From positions 157,907-221,906 of the forward strand of contig CAZOGI010000001.1 in assembly GCA_964579435.1 (NCBI GenBank): a stretch of 64,000 bases of DNA, read 5' to 3'. This document shows, one piece after another, positions 26,423-36,102 of this stretch (position 1 is the first letter of the stretch; the number at the start of each line of letters is the position of its first letter). The position numbers and the translations under genes were made by a program. The stretch comes from an uncultured Planctomycetales bacterium. Lineage in GTDB: Bacteria > Omnitrophota > Gorgyraeia > Gygaellales > Profunditerraquicolaceae. The notes under the pieces were generated by a model. The model was not told where the DNA came from. It did no database searches and saw nothing but the letters and a program-made list of their open reading frames with translations.

Positions 26423-27109
26423 TCAAGCGCTTGGGCGGGGCGCCGCTGATGCTGCGGCGCCGGCAAGATTCTTCCGGTGCGGTCGCCGCGCAACCGCATG
26501 GTCTTTCGGCGCACGAATCGCCCGGAAACGATCGAGCTTCTGTTGCCGCTGGGCCTCTTGATAAATGAGCACCCAGGCACAGTCCTGTTCTTTATCCACC
26601 TCGCACTTGCCTTTATTCATCCCCCCGCAAGGCCCGTTCAGGAGCCCCTTGGGGCAAAGGGTGACGGGACAGATCCCGCCGGTCTGCGCGAGAACGCAGG
26701 CTCCGCACAGGGAGCATTTTTCGAGGAAATTCCCCGCGGCATCGACGGTTGCCCCGAAAACGGTATCGCACCCGGGCAGTGTCGGGGCGCTGGTGCGCGC
26801 ATTGTCTTTGACCGACTGTACCCCGAGCCCGCAGGCCAGCACCAGAAGCGCCTCGGCCTGGCGCACCTGCCCCGCGGCGCGCGCCAACTCCGCTTTCACC
26901 TGGGCTGCCACGCAGGGCGCCTTGGGGATGCGCCAGCCGACCACCGTCTTTCCCGCTTTTTCAAGCTGTTCCTTCAGGAGGCGCACCGCTGCCTCGTCGC
27001 CGGTTTTACACGTGGTGGCGCACTCGCCGCACCCGACGATGAATACCCGGTCGAGACCGCGCAGCGATTCTTCAATTGCGCCAAAGGGTTGAGCGGTGGT
27101 TATTATCAT
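26423..27109 (-). CDS. Methylenetetrahydrofolate reductase C-terminal-domain-like protein (MTHFR_C, MetV-like), stand-alone
   Basis: CPKGLLNGPCGG plus the CGEC, CSLCGAC Cys pattern characteristic of MTHFR_C proteins. Confidence 0.55.
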   Translation of the reverse strand: MIITTAQPFGAIEESLRGLDRVFIVGCGECATTCKTGDEAAVRLLKEQLEKAGKTVVGWRIPKAPCVAAQVKAELARAAGQVRQAEALLVLACGLGVQSVKDNARTSAPTLPGCDTVFGATVDAAGNFLEKCSLCGACVLAQTGGICPVTLCPKGLLNGPCGGMNKGKCEVDKEQDCAWVLIYQEAQRQQKLDRFRAIRAPKDHAVARRPHRKNLAGAAASAAPRPSA

Positions 27110-27421
27110 GGGGGGGTCTTATCCGTAGGGGCATTGTAACACTTTTACCGGGGGGCGACAAGCAAAAACCGGGCAAAAAAAATCCCCGCCTGTGCCGTTG
27201 TAGCCTGGTGGGCTGTGAACCTTCCGGTTACACGTGGGTGCCCGCTCCGCAGGCACGCATGCGCCGCGGAAGAGAGGCTCCCTTTTTTTTGGTGTTGGCT
27301 CACCAATCACCAGGCTCTTGAACGAACACTGCAGGGACTCTTTTCTGCTGCACCTTTGAGTATACCACGGGGGCCCGCCTCTGTCAAACCCGCGCTCTCC
27401 CGAACACAAAGGCGCGCCGCA

Positions 27422-28945
27422 TCAGAGAACGATCCGATACCAGTCAATCTGAACGCCCGAGAGCTCCTGACGACGCAACAGCTCAAGATGCCCCTGGAAC
27501 GACTCGGGCAGGACAAACGGCTTGTTCAACGGCCGCACCAGCCAGAGGGAGCGGATGCCGCGCAATTGAAGCGGGTCGTGGATCACCTCGGTCATGGCCA
27601 GACACAACCAGCCCGAATCCAACTCCCGGCCCAGCTGCTCCATGCTGATCACCTGGCGGAAGGGACGATCCAGATAATGGAAGATGTTCAGGGTCTCGGA
27701 GACATCGGTCACCGCCACCATATCCGCCGGCCCCAGGCGCTCCCGCAGATAGTCGGCGATCACACGGGCATCGGCCTCGACGGTCAAAGAAGGCCGCCCG
27801 TAGAGCCCGACAAAACGCACGGCGTTGGCGACCAGAATGACTGCGGCGAACGCGACCAGCCAGCGCCGCGCCGGCGGCGGGTAGACACTGTGCGCCCAGG
27901 CGATCAGAAGATAAAAAAAAGCGAAGGCTGTTAAAAAATATGACGGATAGTGCAGGTAGGTGCGTCGCAAGAACGCACCCGCGACCGCAACCAGCACCGG
28001 AATGATCCCAGCCAGAACCATAAGCTGCCGCGGGCGCTGTGCGAGGGCCTGCAGGAAACGCAGCGCCCCGGAACCGGACCAGGCGATTCCCCGTAGCGCG
28101 GTACGCCTCAAAAAGAGCGCTCCTACAAAAACACCGATAAACCAAAGGCGCGTGGACCAATGGTTCGCATACAGAAGGAGCAGCTCCCAGAGGGCCGCGG
28201 CAGGACGTACCTCCTGCTGAAAGGCGCGGAAGACGTAGGGGTAAAAACGGTATTTCAGCGCCACCGCCGTCGTGATCCCCATGAGCCCGAAAAGCGAGAC
28301 GGCGATGAGCAGGCGCCGGAAGGGCCGGGAAACGGCGCCGGGGACCAAACAAACCCCCAGCTGTAGCAGCAGCAGGAAAACCCCGAAATAGTGCAGCCAA
28401 ACCGATAGCAGCAGGAAAAACGCGCAGAGATACCGGTAAACCCGCCGGGGATGAGAGAGCGAAAGGAAGAAATAATACATCGTCCCCAGGGACACAACGG
28501 TCCAGATGCTGTAGACGCGCGCCTCGCTCGATAAATAGATGAACCGTTCCGAGCAGGCGATCATCAGGCAGGTCAGGACCCCGACCGCAGGACTAAAAAG
28601 CCGGCTGCCGAGCCGGTAACTTACCCACATGATCCCCACGCCGCTCAGGAGAGAGAAGAACCGCGGCAGGAATTGCCAGAAGAGCGCCCCGCCCAGGAGC
28701 TTTAGGAGAATGAAGTACAGCGGGGGCATCATGTCGCAGGAAGAGAAGAACCGCTCGAACATCTCGAACCAGGGGAGGCGGATGAACGAGAAGGTAAGGG
28801 CCTCGTCGAAATTAAAAGGCCGCAGCAGCATAACGACGCAGCGCAGCGCAGTGCCGAAAACGATTATGGCGAGGGCAAGACGGGAGCAACGTGCAGCTAT
28901 CGTATCGGGGGGGCGAGGGGAAAAAGAAGCATCCCGGTTGTTCAT
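27422..28945 (-). CDS. GT-C fold membrane glycosyltransferase (family 39/ArnT/PMT-like)
   Basis: Twelve or more predicted TM helices. N-terminal loop motif region (FNFDEALTF). 507 aa. ATG overlaps the pheT TGA (ATGA). Confidence 0.5.
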   Translation of the reverse strand: MNNRDASFSPRPPDTIAARCSRLALAIIVFGTALRCVVMLLRPFNFDEALTFSFIRLPWFEMFERFFSSCDMMPPLYFILLKLLGGALFWQFLPRFFSLLSGVGIMWVSYRLGSRLFSPAVGVLTCLMIACSERFIYLSSEARVYSIWTVVSLGTMYYFFLSLSHPRRVYRYLCAFFLLLSVWLHYFGVFLLLLQLGVCLVPGAVSRPFRRLLIAVSLFGLMGITTAVALKYRFYPYVFRAFQQEVRPAAALWELLLLYANHWSTRLWFIGVFVGALFLRRTALRGIAWSGSGALRFLQALAQRPRQLMVLAGIIPVLVAVAGAFLRRTYLHYPSYFLTAFAFFYLLIAWAHSVYPPPARRWLVAFAAVILVANAVRFVGLYGRPSLTVEADARVIADYLRERLGPADMVAVTDVSETLNIFHYLDRPFRQVISMEQLGRELDSGWLCLAMTEVIHDPLQLRGIRSLWLVRPLNKPFVLPESFQGHLELLRRQELSGVQIDWYRIVL

Positions 28946-30984
28946 GTCGGCCGTTCGGTACGCACCTGCGCCCCAAACCGGTGCGTCAGAAACGCCTGAA
29001 CCTGCTGACAGAGCGGGGTGATTTCATCCTCGGTCAGGGTGCGCTCGCTGCTGCGGAATTCCAGCGAGAACGTAAGCGCCCGCATTCCCGCGGGAACCCA
29101 GCCCCCGGCAAAATGATCCGTGAGTCGCGCCTGCCGCAGGAGCGCGACGCGCTCTCCCATGAGCTCCCGGATCATCTCCTGAGCGCTGACCGACTCAGCG
29201 ACGCAGAGGGTAAGATCGCGCTGGATCGCGGGAAAACGCGGCAGGGGCTGGAACCGAACTGCGGCCGCGGCCCCGAGCAGCGGCTGCAGATTCAGTTCGG
29301 CCAAAAACACCTGCTGGGCCTTGATCGCATAGGCGGCCAGGACCTCCGGGGAAACCGCGCGCATGCTGCCGATGGCGCCCCCCTGCACCAGGATGGCGGC
29401 CTGGGGCTGCATCTGGTCGAAGGAAAACGCGTATTCCCGGACCCCCAGATGCCTGAACAATTCCTCGAGGATCCCCTTCAGATGCAGCACGCTCGCCGGC
29501 TCACGCATCGCGCCCCGGGGAGAAAAAAAACATTTCTGGCCACACAGCGCGATCCCCAAATGCAGCTCCTCAACACACCGGCGCTGGCGCACGAAAAAAG
29601 TCCGGGCGATTTCGAACAAACCGACAAAGGATTGCTGCTGATTCAGGTTTGCGCGGATGCTGCGCAAAAGCCCCGGCGCCAGAATCGGGCGCAGCACCTC
29701 CTGCTCCGCGCTCAAAGGGTTCTGCACCTCCAAAAGCGTTTCCCCGTCCGGCCACAGACCCGCCAAGGATTTCTTGTCGACGAGGCTGACGGTTATCGCC
29801 TCGGTCAAGCCAAGCCCGGCCAAGAGCTGCTTCGTGCGGCTGACTGCCGGGCGTATCCCCTGCGGCAAGAGGCGCGGGCGCGTCGCCGGTATCGTCGTCG
29901 GGATGCGTTCGTATCCGTAGATGCGCGCCACCTCTTCGATAATATCTGCCTCCTGGGAGACGTCGAGGCGGAACGCCGGGACGCGCACGCGCATATTCTT
30001 GCCCGCCCCGCGCACGGCAAACCCCAGCCGTTGCAGTATCCGCTGCGTCTGTGCACGCGCAACCGCAACTCCCAGCGCCTGGTCGACGTGTTGCGTCGAC
30101 ACGGGAATGCTTCTCCCCCGGCGGTGCCGAAGCGGCGTCAAGGAGCAGGAGGCCAGGCGCGCACCCGCCCATCGACACAGCAATCCCGCAGCCAGCCCGG
30201 CTGCCCAGCGCGCCGTTTCAACGGCAACGCCGCGCTCGAAACGGTAGGAGGCGTCGCTGTTCATACCGAGCCTCTGGCGGCCGCAGCGCACCAGCGCCGG
30301 ATTAAAAACCGCAGCCTCCAGAACGAGCGCGGTCGTCGCGGCGGTTATTTCGGTTTGCCTGCCGCCCATCACGCCGGCGACCGCTACCGGACGTGCGCGG
30401 TCAGCGATAACCAGGATCTCTGGCCCCAGCGCCCGCTCCTGTCCATCGATGGTCGTGAGACGCTCGCCGGGACGCGCCCGTCGCACGGCGATAGTGTCGG
30501 TCCCCAAGGCCGCGGCATCAAACGCATGCAGCGGGGCGCCCAGGCCAAAAAGGATATAGTTGGTGATGTCGACGATGTTGTTGATGCTGCGGCAGCCGAT
30601 GCGCTCCAGGCGCTCCTGCATCCAGGAAGGCGCCGGGCAGACTTTCGCGTCGAGGAAGACCTGGGCCGAATAAAACGGGCAATCGCGCACGCTCTCGATC
30701 GCCAGCCGCAACGGCTTGCCTGCGCGCGCCGTCTTTGCCAGCGGCCTGCCCGGCGCGCCGAAACGCAGCGGTTCTCCGGTCAGCGCCGAAACTTCGCGCG
30801 CGACGCCGCAGACGCTCAACCAGTCGGGCCGGTTAGACGTTATCTCGATCTCAAAGATCCAGTCCGTTCCGGCGCGCTCCAGCCCTTTGACCTCCAGCCC
30901 CGCCATGGTCAGGCGCTCGGCAAGCTCCTCGGGAGGCAGGGTCAGCCGCACAAATTCGCCAAGCCACTCGTAAGAGATCTTCAT
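28942..30984 (-). CDS. pheT: Phenylalanine--tRNA ligase beta subunit (short form lacking the N-terminal tRNA-binding domain)
   Basis: MKISYEWLGEFV..., B3/B4, B5 and FDX-ACB-like C-terminus. 680 aa versus about 800 typical. Confidence 0.85.
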   Translation of the reverse strand: MKISYEWLGEFVRLTLPPEELAERLTMAGLEVKGLERAGTDWIFEIEITSNRPDWLSVCGVAREVSALTGEPLRFGAPGRPLAKTARAGKPLRLAIESVRDCPFYSAQVFLDAKVCPAPSWMQERLERIGCRSINNIVDITNYILFGLGAPLHAFDAAALGTDTIAVRRARPGERLTTIDGQERALGPEILVIADRARPVAVAGVMGGRQTEITAATTALVLEAAVFNPALVRCGRQRLGMNSDASYRFERGVAVETARWAAGLAAGLLCRWAGARLASCSLTPLRHRRGRSIPVSTQHVDQALGVAVARAQTQRILQRLGFAVRGAGKNMRVRVPAFRLDVSQEADIIEEVARIYGYERIPTTIPATRPRLLPQGIRPAVSRTKQLLAGLGLTEAITVSLVDKKSLAGLWPDGETLLEVQNPLSAEQEVLRPILAPGLLRSIRANLNQQQSFVGLFEIARTFFVRQRRCVEELHLGIALCGQKCFFSPRGAMREPASVLHLKGILEELFRHLGVREYAFSFDQMQPQAAILVQGGAIGSMRAVSPEVLAAYAIKAQQVFLAELNLQPLLGAAAAVRFQPLPRFPAIQRDLTLCVAESVSAQEMIRELMGERVALLRQARLTDHFAGGWVPAGMRALTFSLEFRSSERTLTEDEITPLCQQVQAFLTHRFGAQVRTERPT

Positions 30985-31005
30985 CTGCCCGTTCGCGTAT
31001 CCCGT

Positions 31006-32046
31006 TTAGAATTGGTCAAGGAAACGAAGGTCATTCTCGAAAAAAAGACGGATATCGTCGATGCCGTATTTCAGCATAGCGATGCGCTCCACCCCCATCC
31101 CAAAGGCAAACCCGCTGAACTTCCCCCGGCCGTAGCCGACGGTCTCAAAGACTGCCGGATGAATCATGCCGGCGCCGAGGATCTCCAGCCACCCCTTGCG
31201 GCCGCAGACCGAACAGCCGCGCCCTTTGCAGATGATGCAGGAAATGTCGACTTCCGCAGACGGTTCGGTGAACGGGAAAAAATGCGGACGCAGCCGCATG
31301 CGTATGTCCTCCCCGAAAACCCCCTTTGCAAAAAGCTCCAGCACCCCCTTGAGATCGGCGAACGTGACGGCGCGGTCGACGAGAAACCCCTCGATCTGAT
31401 GGAACATGAACGAATGGCTCGCGTCCACCGCGTCCGGGCGGTAGACCCGCCCGGGAATGACGACGGCCAGAGGAGGCCGGAACTGTTTCATCATCCGCAC
31501 CTGGCCCGGGGAGGTATGACTGCGCAGGAGGAGTCGTTGCGTCTCTCCGGGGCATTTTTCCTGCTTCAGATAAAACGTGTCGAAGGCGTCGCGCGAAGGA
31601 TGCTCCAACGGGATATTCAGCCCGGTAAAATTATTGAATTCGGTTTCCACCTCCGGCGTGTCGGCGACCGAAAAACCCAAGCGTTCGAAAAGCGCGCAGA
31701 TTTCCTCGATCACGGCCGTAATCGGATGGAGTTTGCCGACGCTCGGGGAGACGCCCGGCAGCCCGGCGTATTCCGCAAAACCCCGCGGGGATCCGGCGGA
31801 ACCGGAAAGCGCCGCCGCCTTATGCTCAATCGCCTCCAGCACAAAACGCTTCAAGGCGTTGGTCCGCTGGCCGAACAATCCACGTTCTTCTTTCGGTAGC
31901 CCAGGAATGGCGCCGGTCAGCTCGGCAAGGACGCCTTTGCGCCCGGCATATCTGGCCTTATACGCCTCCAACTCTGCCGGCGTCTTTATGCGCTCGATCT
32001 CTTCGGTTGCGGTTTTTTGAAGAGCTTCAAAATCAACAGAAGACAT
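31006..32046 (-). CDS. pheS: Phenylalanine--tRNA ligase alpha subunit
   Basis: Class II motifs (FRPPLAVVIPGRVYR..., GAGMIHP). Internal ATG (MSSVDFEAL) at 32046. Confidence 0.85.
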   Translation of the reverse strand: MSSVDFEALQKTATEEIERIKTPAELEAYKARYAGRKGVLAELTGAIPGLPKEERGLFGQRTNALKRFVLEAIEHKAAALSGSAGSPRGFAEYAGLPGVSPSVGKLHPITAVIEEICALFERLGFSVADTPEVETEFNNFTGLNIPLEHPSRDAFDTFYLKQEKCPGETQRLLLRSHTSPGQVRMMKQFRPPLAVVIPGRVYRPDAVDASHSFMFHQIEGFLVDRAVTFADLKGVLELFAKGVFGEDIRMRLRPHFFPFTEPSAEVDISCIICKGRGCSVCGRKGWLEILGAGMIHPAVFETVGYGRGKFSGFAFGMGVERIAMLKYGIDDIRLFFENDLRFLDQF

Positions 32047-32489
32047 ATCCCTCCCGCTAAAACAAAAACCAATCGCTTCTTTTCTTCGCTCGGTTTTTCG
32101 TTGAACGGCCTGCCCGGACGCAGAAGCCGCAGGTGCGTCGCATGGATATCCAAATCCCCCCCGTGCTGCGGACAACTGCGCCTGAACGTCCCGGTCACGG
32201 TCACCCAATCGCCGCGCTGTCGGTAATTGCCCGCGCGGGAGACCGCCGCGGCAAAATCCCGGCTGAGCCAGCAGCCGATCGCGACAGTGCCGTCGTGTAC
32301 GTTGACCCAGGCGTGGTCTCCCCGGACCAGTACTTCGCCGACCACCTCCCCTTCGTAACAGACCGTGGCGCCGTCAAGCGAACGCGCCTCTTTAAGGAGC
32401 GACGCCCCGGTCACAGGCGTCTCAGCCGCAGACACCATGCCGACTCCCCACAGGCAGACCGCCATCAACACCATCCGGCCACGGCGCAT
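31986..32489 (-). CDS. Small secreted OB-fold-like (BOF/YgiW-like) protein with C-terminal TM anchor
   Basis: Signal peptide MRRGRMVLMAVCLWGVGMVSA. VCYEGEVVGEVLVRGDHAWVNVHDG is an OB-like pattern. C-terminal LVFVLAGGICLLLILKLF. Overlaps the pheS start by 61 nt. Confidence 0.35.
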   Translation of the reverse strand: MRRGRMVLMAVCLWGVGMVSAAETPVTGASLLKEARSLDGATVCYEGEVVGEVLVRGDHAWVNVHDGTVAIGCWLSRDFAAAVSRAGNYRQRGDWVTVTGTFRRSCPQHGGDLDIHATHLRLLRPGRPFNEKPSEEKKRLVFVLAGGICLLLILKLFKKPQPKRSSA

Positions 32490-32492
32490 ACG

Positions 32493-34061
32493 CTATTTAC
32501 CCCGCAGGAATGCCCACACCACGCCCAGGAGCGTGAAGACCGCCATGAACTCCAGCCTCCCTGCCCACATCTGCAGGATATACGTCAGTTTCAGGGCCGC
32601 CGGCATCCCCGGCTCGGTAATCCCCATGGAAAGACCGACGTTGGCGGCAGCCGAGGTCGACTCAAACAACGACGCAAGGAACGGATAGCCGCAGAGCATC
32701 CCGGCCAGGGCTCCGGCCGCGTACAGACACAGGTACGCGATCGTGATAATACCCGCAGCGCGGACCATTTTATCCTCAAGGAAAACGTCCTTGATATGAT
32801 GGATGCGCTCGGCGAAAATCGCGTGCTCGCTCAGGAGAATGCGTTTTATATCCTGTTTGAAGGCCTTGACCAGAACACCGATGCGCAGCATCTTGATCGC
32901 GCCCGTCGTCGAACAGAGGCCGCCGCCCAGGGCCATCGCCCCCACCAGTCCCACCAGCGCCAGATCCCCCCATTCATGGACGAACTGAGGAGAATAGACC
33001 GTAGAAAAACCGGTGCCGGTATGGCCGGAAAGGAGCTGGTAAAATCCTTTGCGGAACAAAAGCCCCGTCGCCGAATACGTTTGATCCATGCGCAACCCCG
33101 CGGTAACGACTGCGGCCAAAAACAGGACGGAAATGCCGAAGGCCACTGTTTCGATGTTGCGCCAGAGCTCGCGCCGGTCTCCGGTCCATACCTTATAATG
33201 GAGGCGGAAATTAAGCGCGCCCAAAATCATGATCACCGCCGTCGTCAACTCCATCCCCAGGCTGTGATAGTAGAGGACGCTCTGCGACTGCGGCGCAAAC
33301 CCGCCGGTATCGAACGCCGCCATAAAGAGACACGCCCCGTGAAAGAAGGCCAACGCCGGACGTTGCCCGCAGCGCATGCCGGCCACGGCAAGGGCCAGGG
33401 TCCCCAGGAGCAGAAAAACGAAACTGACCAGCCAGATGAACCGCGCGGTATGCAGGACATTCGGCAGCACCCGTTCGTCCCGGCCTTCCCCGACATACAT
33501 CTTGAATCCGCCGGCCATGCCTTTGACAAAAAGGGAGAGACCGATGATCGCGATCCCCTGCCCGCCGATGAACATGGTGAGATGTCGCCAGAGGTTATGG
33601 CTCAAGGAGAGGTGGTCCAAATCCTGGGCGAGCGATAACCCGGTGGTGGCAAACCCGGACATCGCCTCGAAGCAGGCATCCAGGAACGAACCGAAATGTC
33701 CGCTCAGATATAACGGGATCGCGCCAAAGATCATAGCCAGGATCCAGGCGAGCGCCACCACGACCATTCCCTGCATCCAGGACAGATCTCTCGAACGCCC
33801 GCATAAAACGGTCAGCAGGAGGCCGGCAAGAACGGCCGACTCGATGCCGACGCAAAAATCCATCGCCGGATTCGTCTCCCCGGCGGCGAGGGCAACGAAC
33901 AAGGGCACGGCCATCGAGACGCCGAGGGCCAGGAGCATCCTGCCCAGGAAGTAGCCGCACGTGCTCACCTCGGCCAGCTTCGGGCGCAGGATCACGGCAA
34001 CCACCTCAAGAGAATACAGACCGCCCATCCGCCGGCGATGAGCGCCAGGGCGTATGCGCAT
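32493..34061 (-). CDS. trkH: TrkH/KtrB-family potassium transporter membrane subunit
   Basis: Repeated M-P-M selectivity-filter-like segments (MSGFATTGLS, HTGTGFST, AAANVGLSMG). 522 aa. Confidence 0.8.
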   Translation of the reverse strand: MRIRPGAHRRRMGGLYSLEVVAVILRPKLAEVSTCGYFLGRMLLALGVSMAVPLFVALAAGETNPAMDFCVGIESAVLAGLLLTVLCGRSRDLSWMQGMVVVALAWILAMIFGAIPLYLSGHFGSFLDACFEAMSGFATTGLSLAQDLDHLSLSHNLWRHLTMFIGGQGIAIIGLSLFVKGMAGGFKMYVGEGRDERVLPNVLHTARFIWLVSFVFLLLGTLALAVAGMRCGQRPALAFFHGACLFMAAFDTGGFAPQSQSVLYYHSLGMELTTAVIMILGALNFRLHYKVWTGDRRELWRNIETVAFGISVLFLAAVVTAGLRMDQTYSATGLLFRKGFYQLLSGHTGTGFSTVYSPQFVHEWGDLALVGLVGAMALGGGLCSTTGAIKMLRIGVLVKAFKQDIKRILLSEHAIFAERIHHIKDVFLEDKMVRAAGIITIAYLCLYAAGALAGMLCGYPFLASLFESTSAAANVGLSMGITEPGMPAALKLTYILQMWAGRLEFMAVFTLLGVVWAFLRGK

Positions 34062-34104
34062 TCGGCCGCAATGCCCAAAAACGCCTGGGCCAGGGTCTGC
34101 TTTC

Positions 34105-34767
34105 TCATAGTTTCCCGACGAGAAGCTGCAGGAGCTGCGGCTCGTTGCCGATCAGGGTCAGGGCGATCACGTCGTCCCCGGGCTTGAAAACGGTGTTGCC
34201 TTTCGGCACAATAACCTCTTCGCCGCGCAGGATCGAAATCAGAACCGAATTCTCCGGCCAGCGGATCTCCTGGACCTGACGGTTAATGACCGCCGCCTCC
34301 AGAGGCAAATCGACGCGCACGATCGCCAGCTTACCGCGCTTGAAGCTCATCAAATTGACGAAATCGGAGAACGAAACCTCCTCCTCGATCACCTTGGCGA
34401 TGATCATGGTGGAGTCGACCGGAACGTCGATCCCCAGCTGGGAAAAGGTGTGCTCGTTATCGGGATCGTTGACCCTGCCGACGGTGCGCCGGATGCGGAA
34501 GCGCTCCTTGGCGAGCTGGCAGATGATCAGATTATCCTCGTCGTCACCGGTCACTGCCGCAAGAACATCCGCGCGCTCCGCCCCCGCCTGCTCCAGGATA
34601 TGCGGATCGCACCCGTCGCCCCGGATTACCGTCACCTCTAACTGGCGGGCGAGCTCTTCGCAAATCTTGCGGTCTTTGTCGACGAGAACGATGGTATGTT
34701 TGTGGGCGCAGAGGCGTTTGGCGAGGAAAAAACCGATCTTGCCTGCTCCGACGATTATCAGATACAT
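34105..34767 (-). CDS. trkA: TrkA-family K+ transport regulator (RCK N- and C-terminal domains)
   Basis: MYLIIVGAGKIGFFLAKRL Rossmann motif plus TrkA-C. Confidence 0.75.
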   Translation of the reverse strand: MYLIIVGAGKIGFFLAKRLCAHKHTIVLVDKDRKICEELARQLEVTVIRGDGCDPHILEQAGAERADVLAAVTGDDEDNLIICQLAKERFRIRRTVGRVNDPDNEHTFSQLGIDVPVDSTMIIAKVIEEEVSFSDFVNLMSFKRGKLAIVRVDLPLEAAVINRQVQEIRWPENSVLISILRGEEVIVPKGNTVFKPGDDVIALTLIGNEPQLLQLLVGKL

Positions 34768-34786
34768 ACGCGCCTTCTCCCCGAAG

Positions 34787-35431
34787 CTACAGATCGAACA
34801 GCTGTCTGATGCGCGGCAGGCTTGCCACCTTGACCGCGGCTAAAAGGACGTCTTTCTCCTTAAGGACCGAGGTGGGAGCGGGAAGGAAATCGCCCGACGG
34901 GCGGCGGATGGCCACGACCATCAACTCCTGCGGGAGGTTCAGCTCCTGCACCGCCTTGCCGATCAGGCCCTTTTTGACCTCGATCTCGATGACCCCCAGA
35001 TCCTTCGTTTCGATGAGCGAACTGGAAAAGCGGCTTTCGATGATCTTGTCGCGCAACATCGCGGCGAAAAGAACCGTCCCGCTGATGATGTCGAGCCCGA
35101 GAGCGGCATAGATGTGGGCGCGCTGCGGGTCATACACGCGCGCAATGACCTTGGGCACGCTGAAGATTTTCTTGGCGACCTGCGCCGAGATAAGGTTGGT
35201 GTTGTCGCCGTTGGTGACCGCGCAGAAGGCGTCCGCCTTTTCGATGCCGGCAAGCTTCAGCAGCTCAAGACTGAATCCGTTGCCGACGAACGTCAAGCCG
35301 TTGAATGCGCTGCCGAGCCGGTCGAAAGCGTCGGCGTTCTTGTCGATAACGACGACGTTATGCTCCTCGCTGGAGAGGAGTTTGGCCAGCTCCGACCCCA
35401 CCCGTCCACATCCGACGATGATGACGTACAT
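34787..35431 (-). CDS. trkA: TrkA-family K+ transport regulator (second paralog)
   Basis: MYVIIVGCGRVGSELAKLL plus TrkA-C. Confidence 0.75.
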   Translation of the reverse strand: MYVIIVGCGRVGSELAKLLSSEEHNVVVIDKNADAFDRLGSAFNGLTFVGNGFSLELLKLAGIEKADAFCAVTNGDNTNLISAQVAKKIFSVPKVIARVYDPQRAHIYAALGLDIISGTVLFAAMLRDKIIESRFSSSLIETKDLGVIEIEVKKGLIGKAVQELNLPQELMVVAIRRPSGDFLPAPTSVLKEKDVLLAAVKVASLPRIRQLFDL

Positions 35432-35445
35432 GCCCGCGCCTCTTT

Positions 35446-35805
35446 TTAGCGGCCTGCTCGCTTCCCGGTCAAAGCGATAATCTTGGCGAATACCTGCGGC
35501 TCGCGCACCGCCAGGTCTGCGAGCATCTTACGGTCGAGGGTCACCTGCGCTTTTTTCAAACCGCTCAGGAATGCGCTGTAGGTAATGCCGGCGGCGCGGC
35601 AGGCGGCATTGATACGCACCACCCAGAGAGAGCGCATATCGCGCTTCTTGACCTTGCGGTCGCGGTAGGCGTAGACCTGCGCATGCAGGAGCGCGCGGCG
35701 CGCCTGCTGGAACTGTTTGCTGCGGTCCCCCCAAAATCCCTTCGTCCGGCGCAACAATCGTTTTTTGCGCCGCCGTGTCGCTACACTATGCTTGATTTTT
35801 GCCAT
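35446..35805 (-). CDS. rplT: 50S ribosomal protein L20
   Basis: [18 protein letters not shown]... Confidence 0.9.
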   Translation of the reverse strand: MAKIKHSVATRRRKKRLLRRTKGFWGDRSKQFQQARRALLHAQVYAYRDRKVKKRDMRSLWVVRINAACRAAGITYSAFLSGLKKAQVTLDRKMLADLAVREPQVFAKIIALTGKRAGR

Positions 35806-35873
35806 GGAGAAACTCCTTATCCGCGCTCTCTGGTACCTGCCGTCGGTGATGGCGCGCGGTCGACACCGATCCT

Positions 35874-36074
35874 TTAGCCGTGCGGAAGCATCCGCCTCAG
35901 GAACTGTGCGGTCTTGGCCGCACGGACCGTTTTTCCGCGGCGCAGCCTCCGCAGCCGCTTCGTGGTCTTGCTCGAGAGCAAATGGCTCTTGCCGCAGGCG
36001 CCGTATTTAACCTTCCGCTTCTTTGTCAAACGGAACCGTTTTGCAACACCTTTTTTTGTCTTTAAGCCTGGCAT
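35874..36074 (-). CDS. rpmI: 50S ribosomal protein L35
   Basis: [22 protein letters not shown]... Confidence 0.9.
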   Translation of the reverse strand: MPGLKTKKGVAKRFRLTKKRKVKYGACGKSHLLSSKTTKRLRRLRRGKTVRAAKTAQFLRRMLPHG

Positions 36075-36102
36075 ATCGTTCCCCTTGCGTACCGACCGTC
36101 CT

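Noticed and set aside
28891-31899. 1002-aa plus-strand ORF antisense to pheT and pheS
   Set aside because: This is the longest antisense ORF but purely compositional (Arg/Gly/Pro/Ala-rich). It overlaps two canonical synthetase genes on the other strand, and long stop-free antisense frames are expected at about 70% GC.
32133-33638. 501-aa plus-strand ORF antisense to trkH
   Set aside because: Same reasoning; trkH has clear repeated pore motifs.
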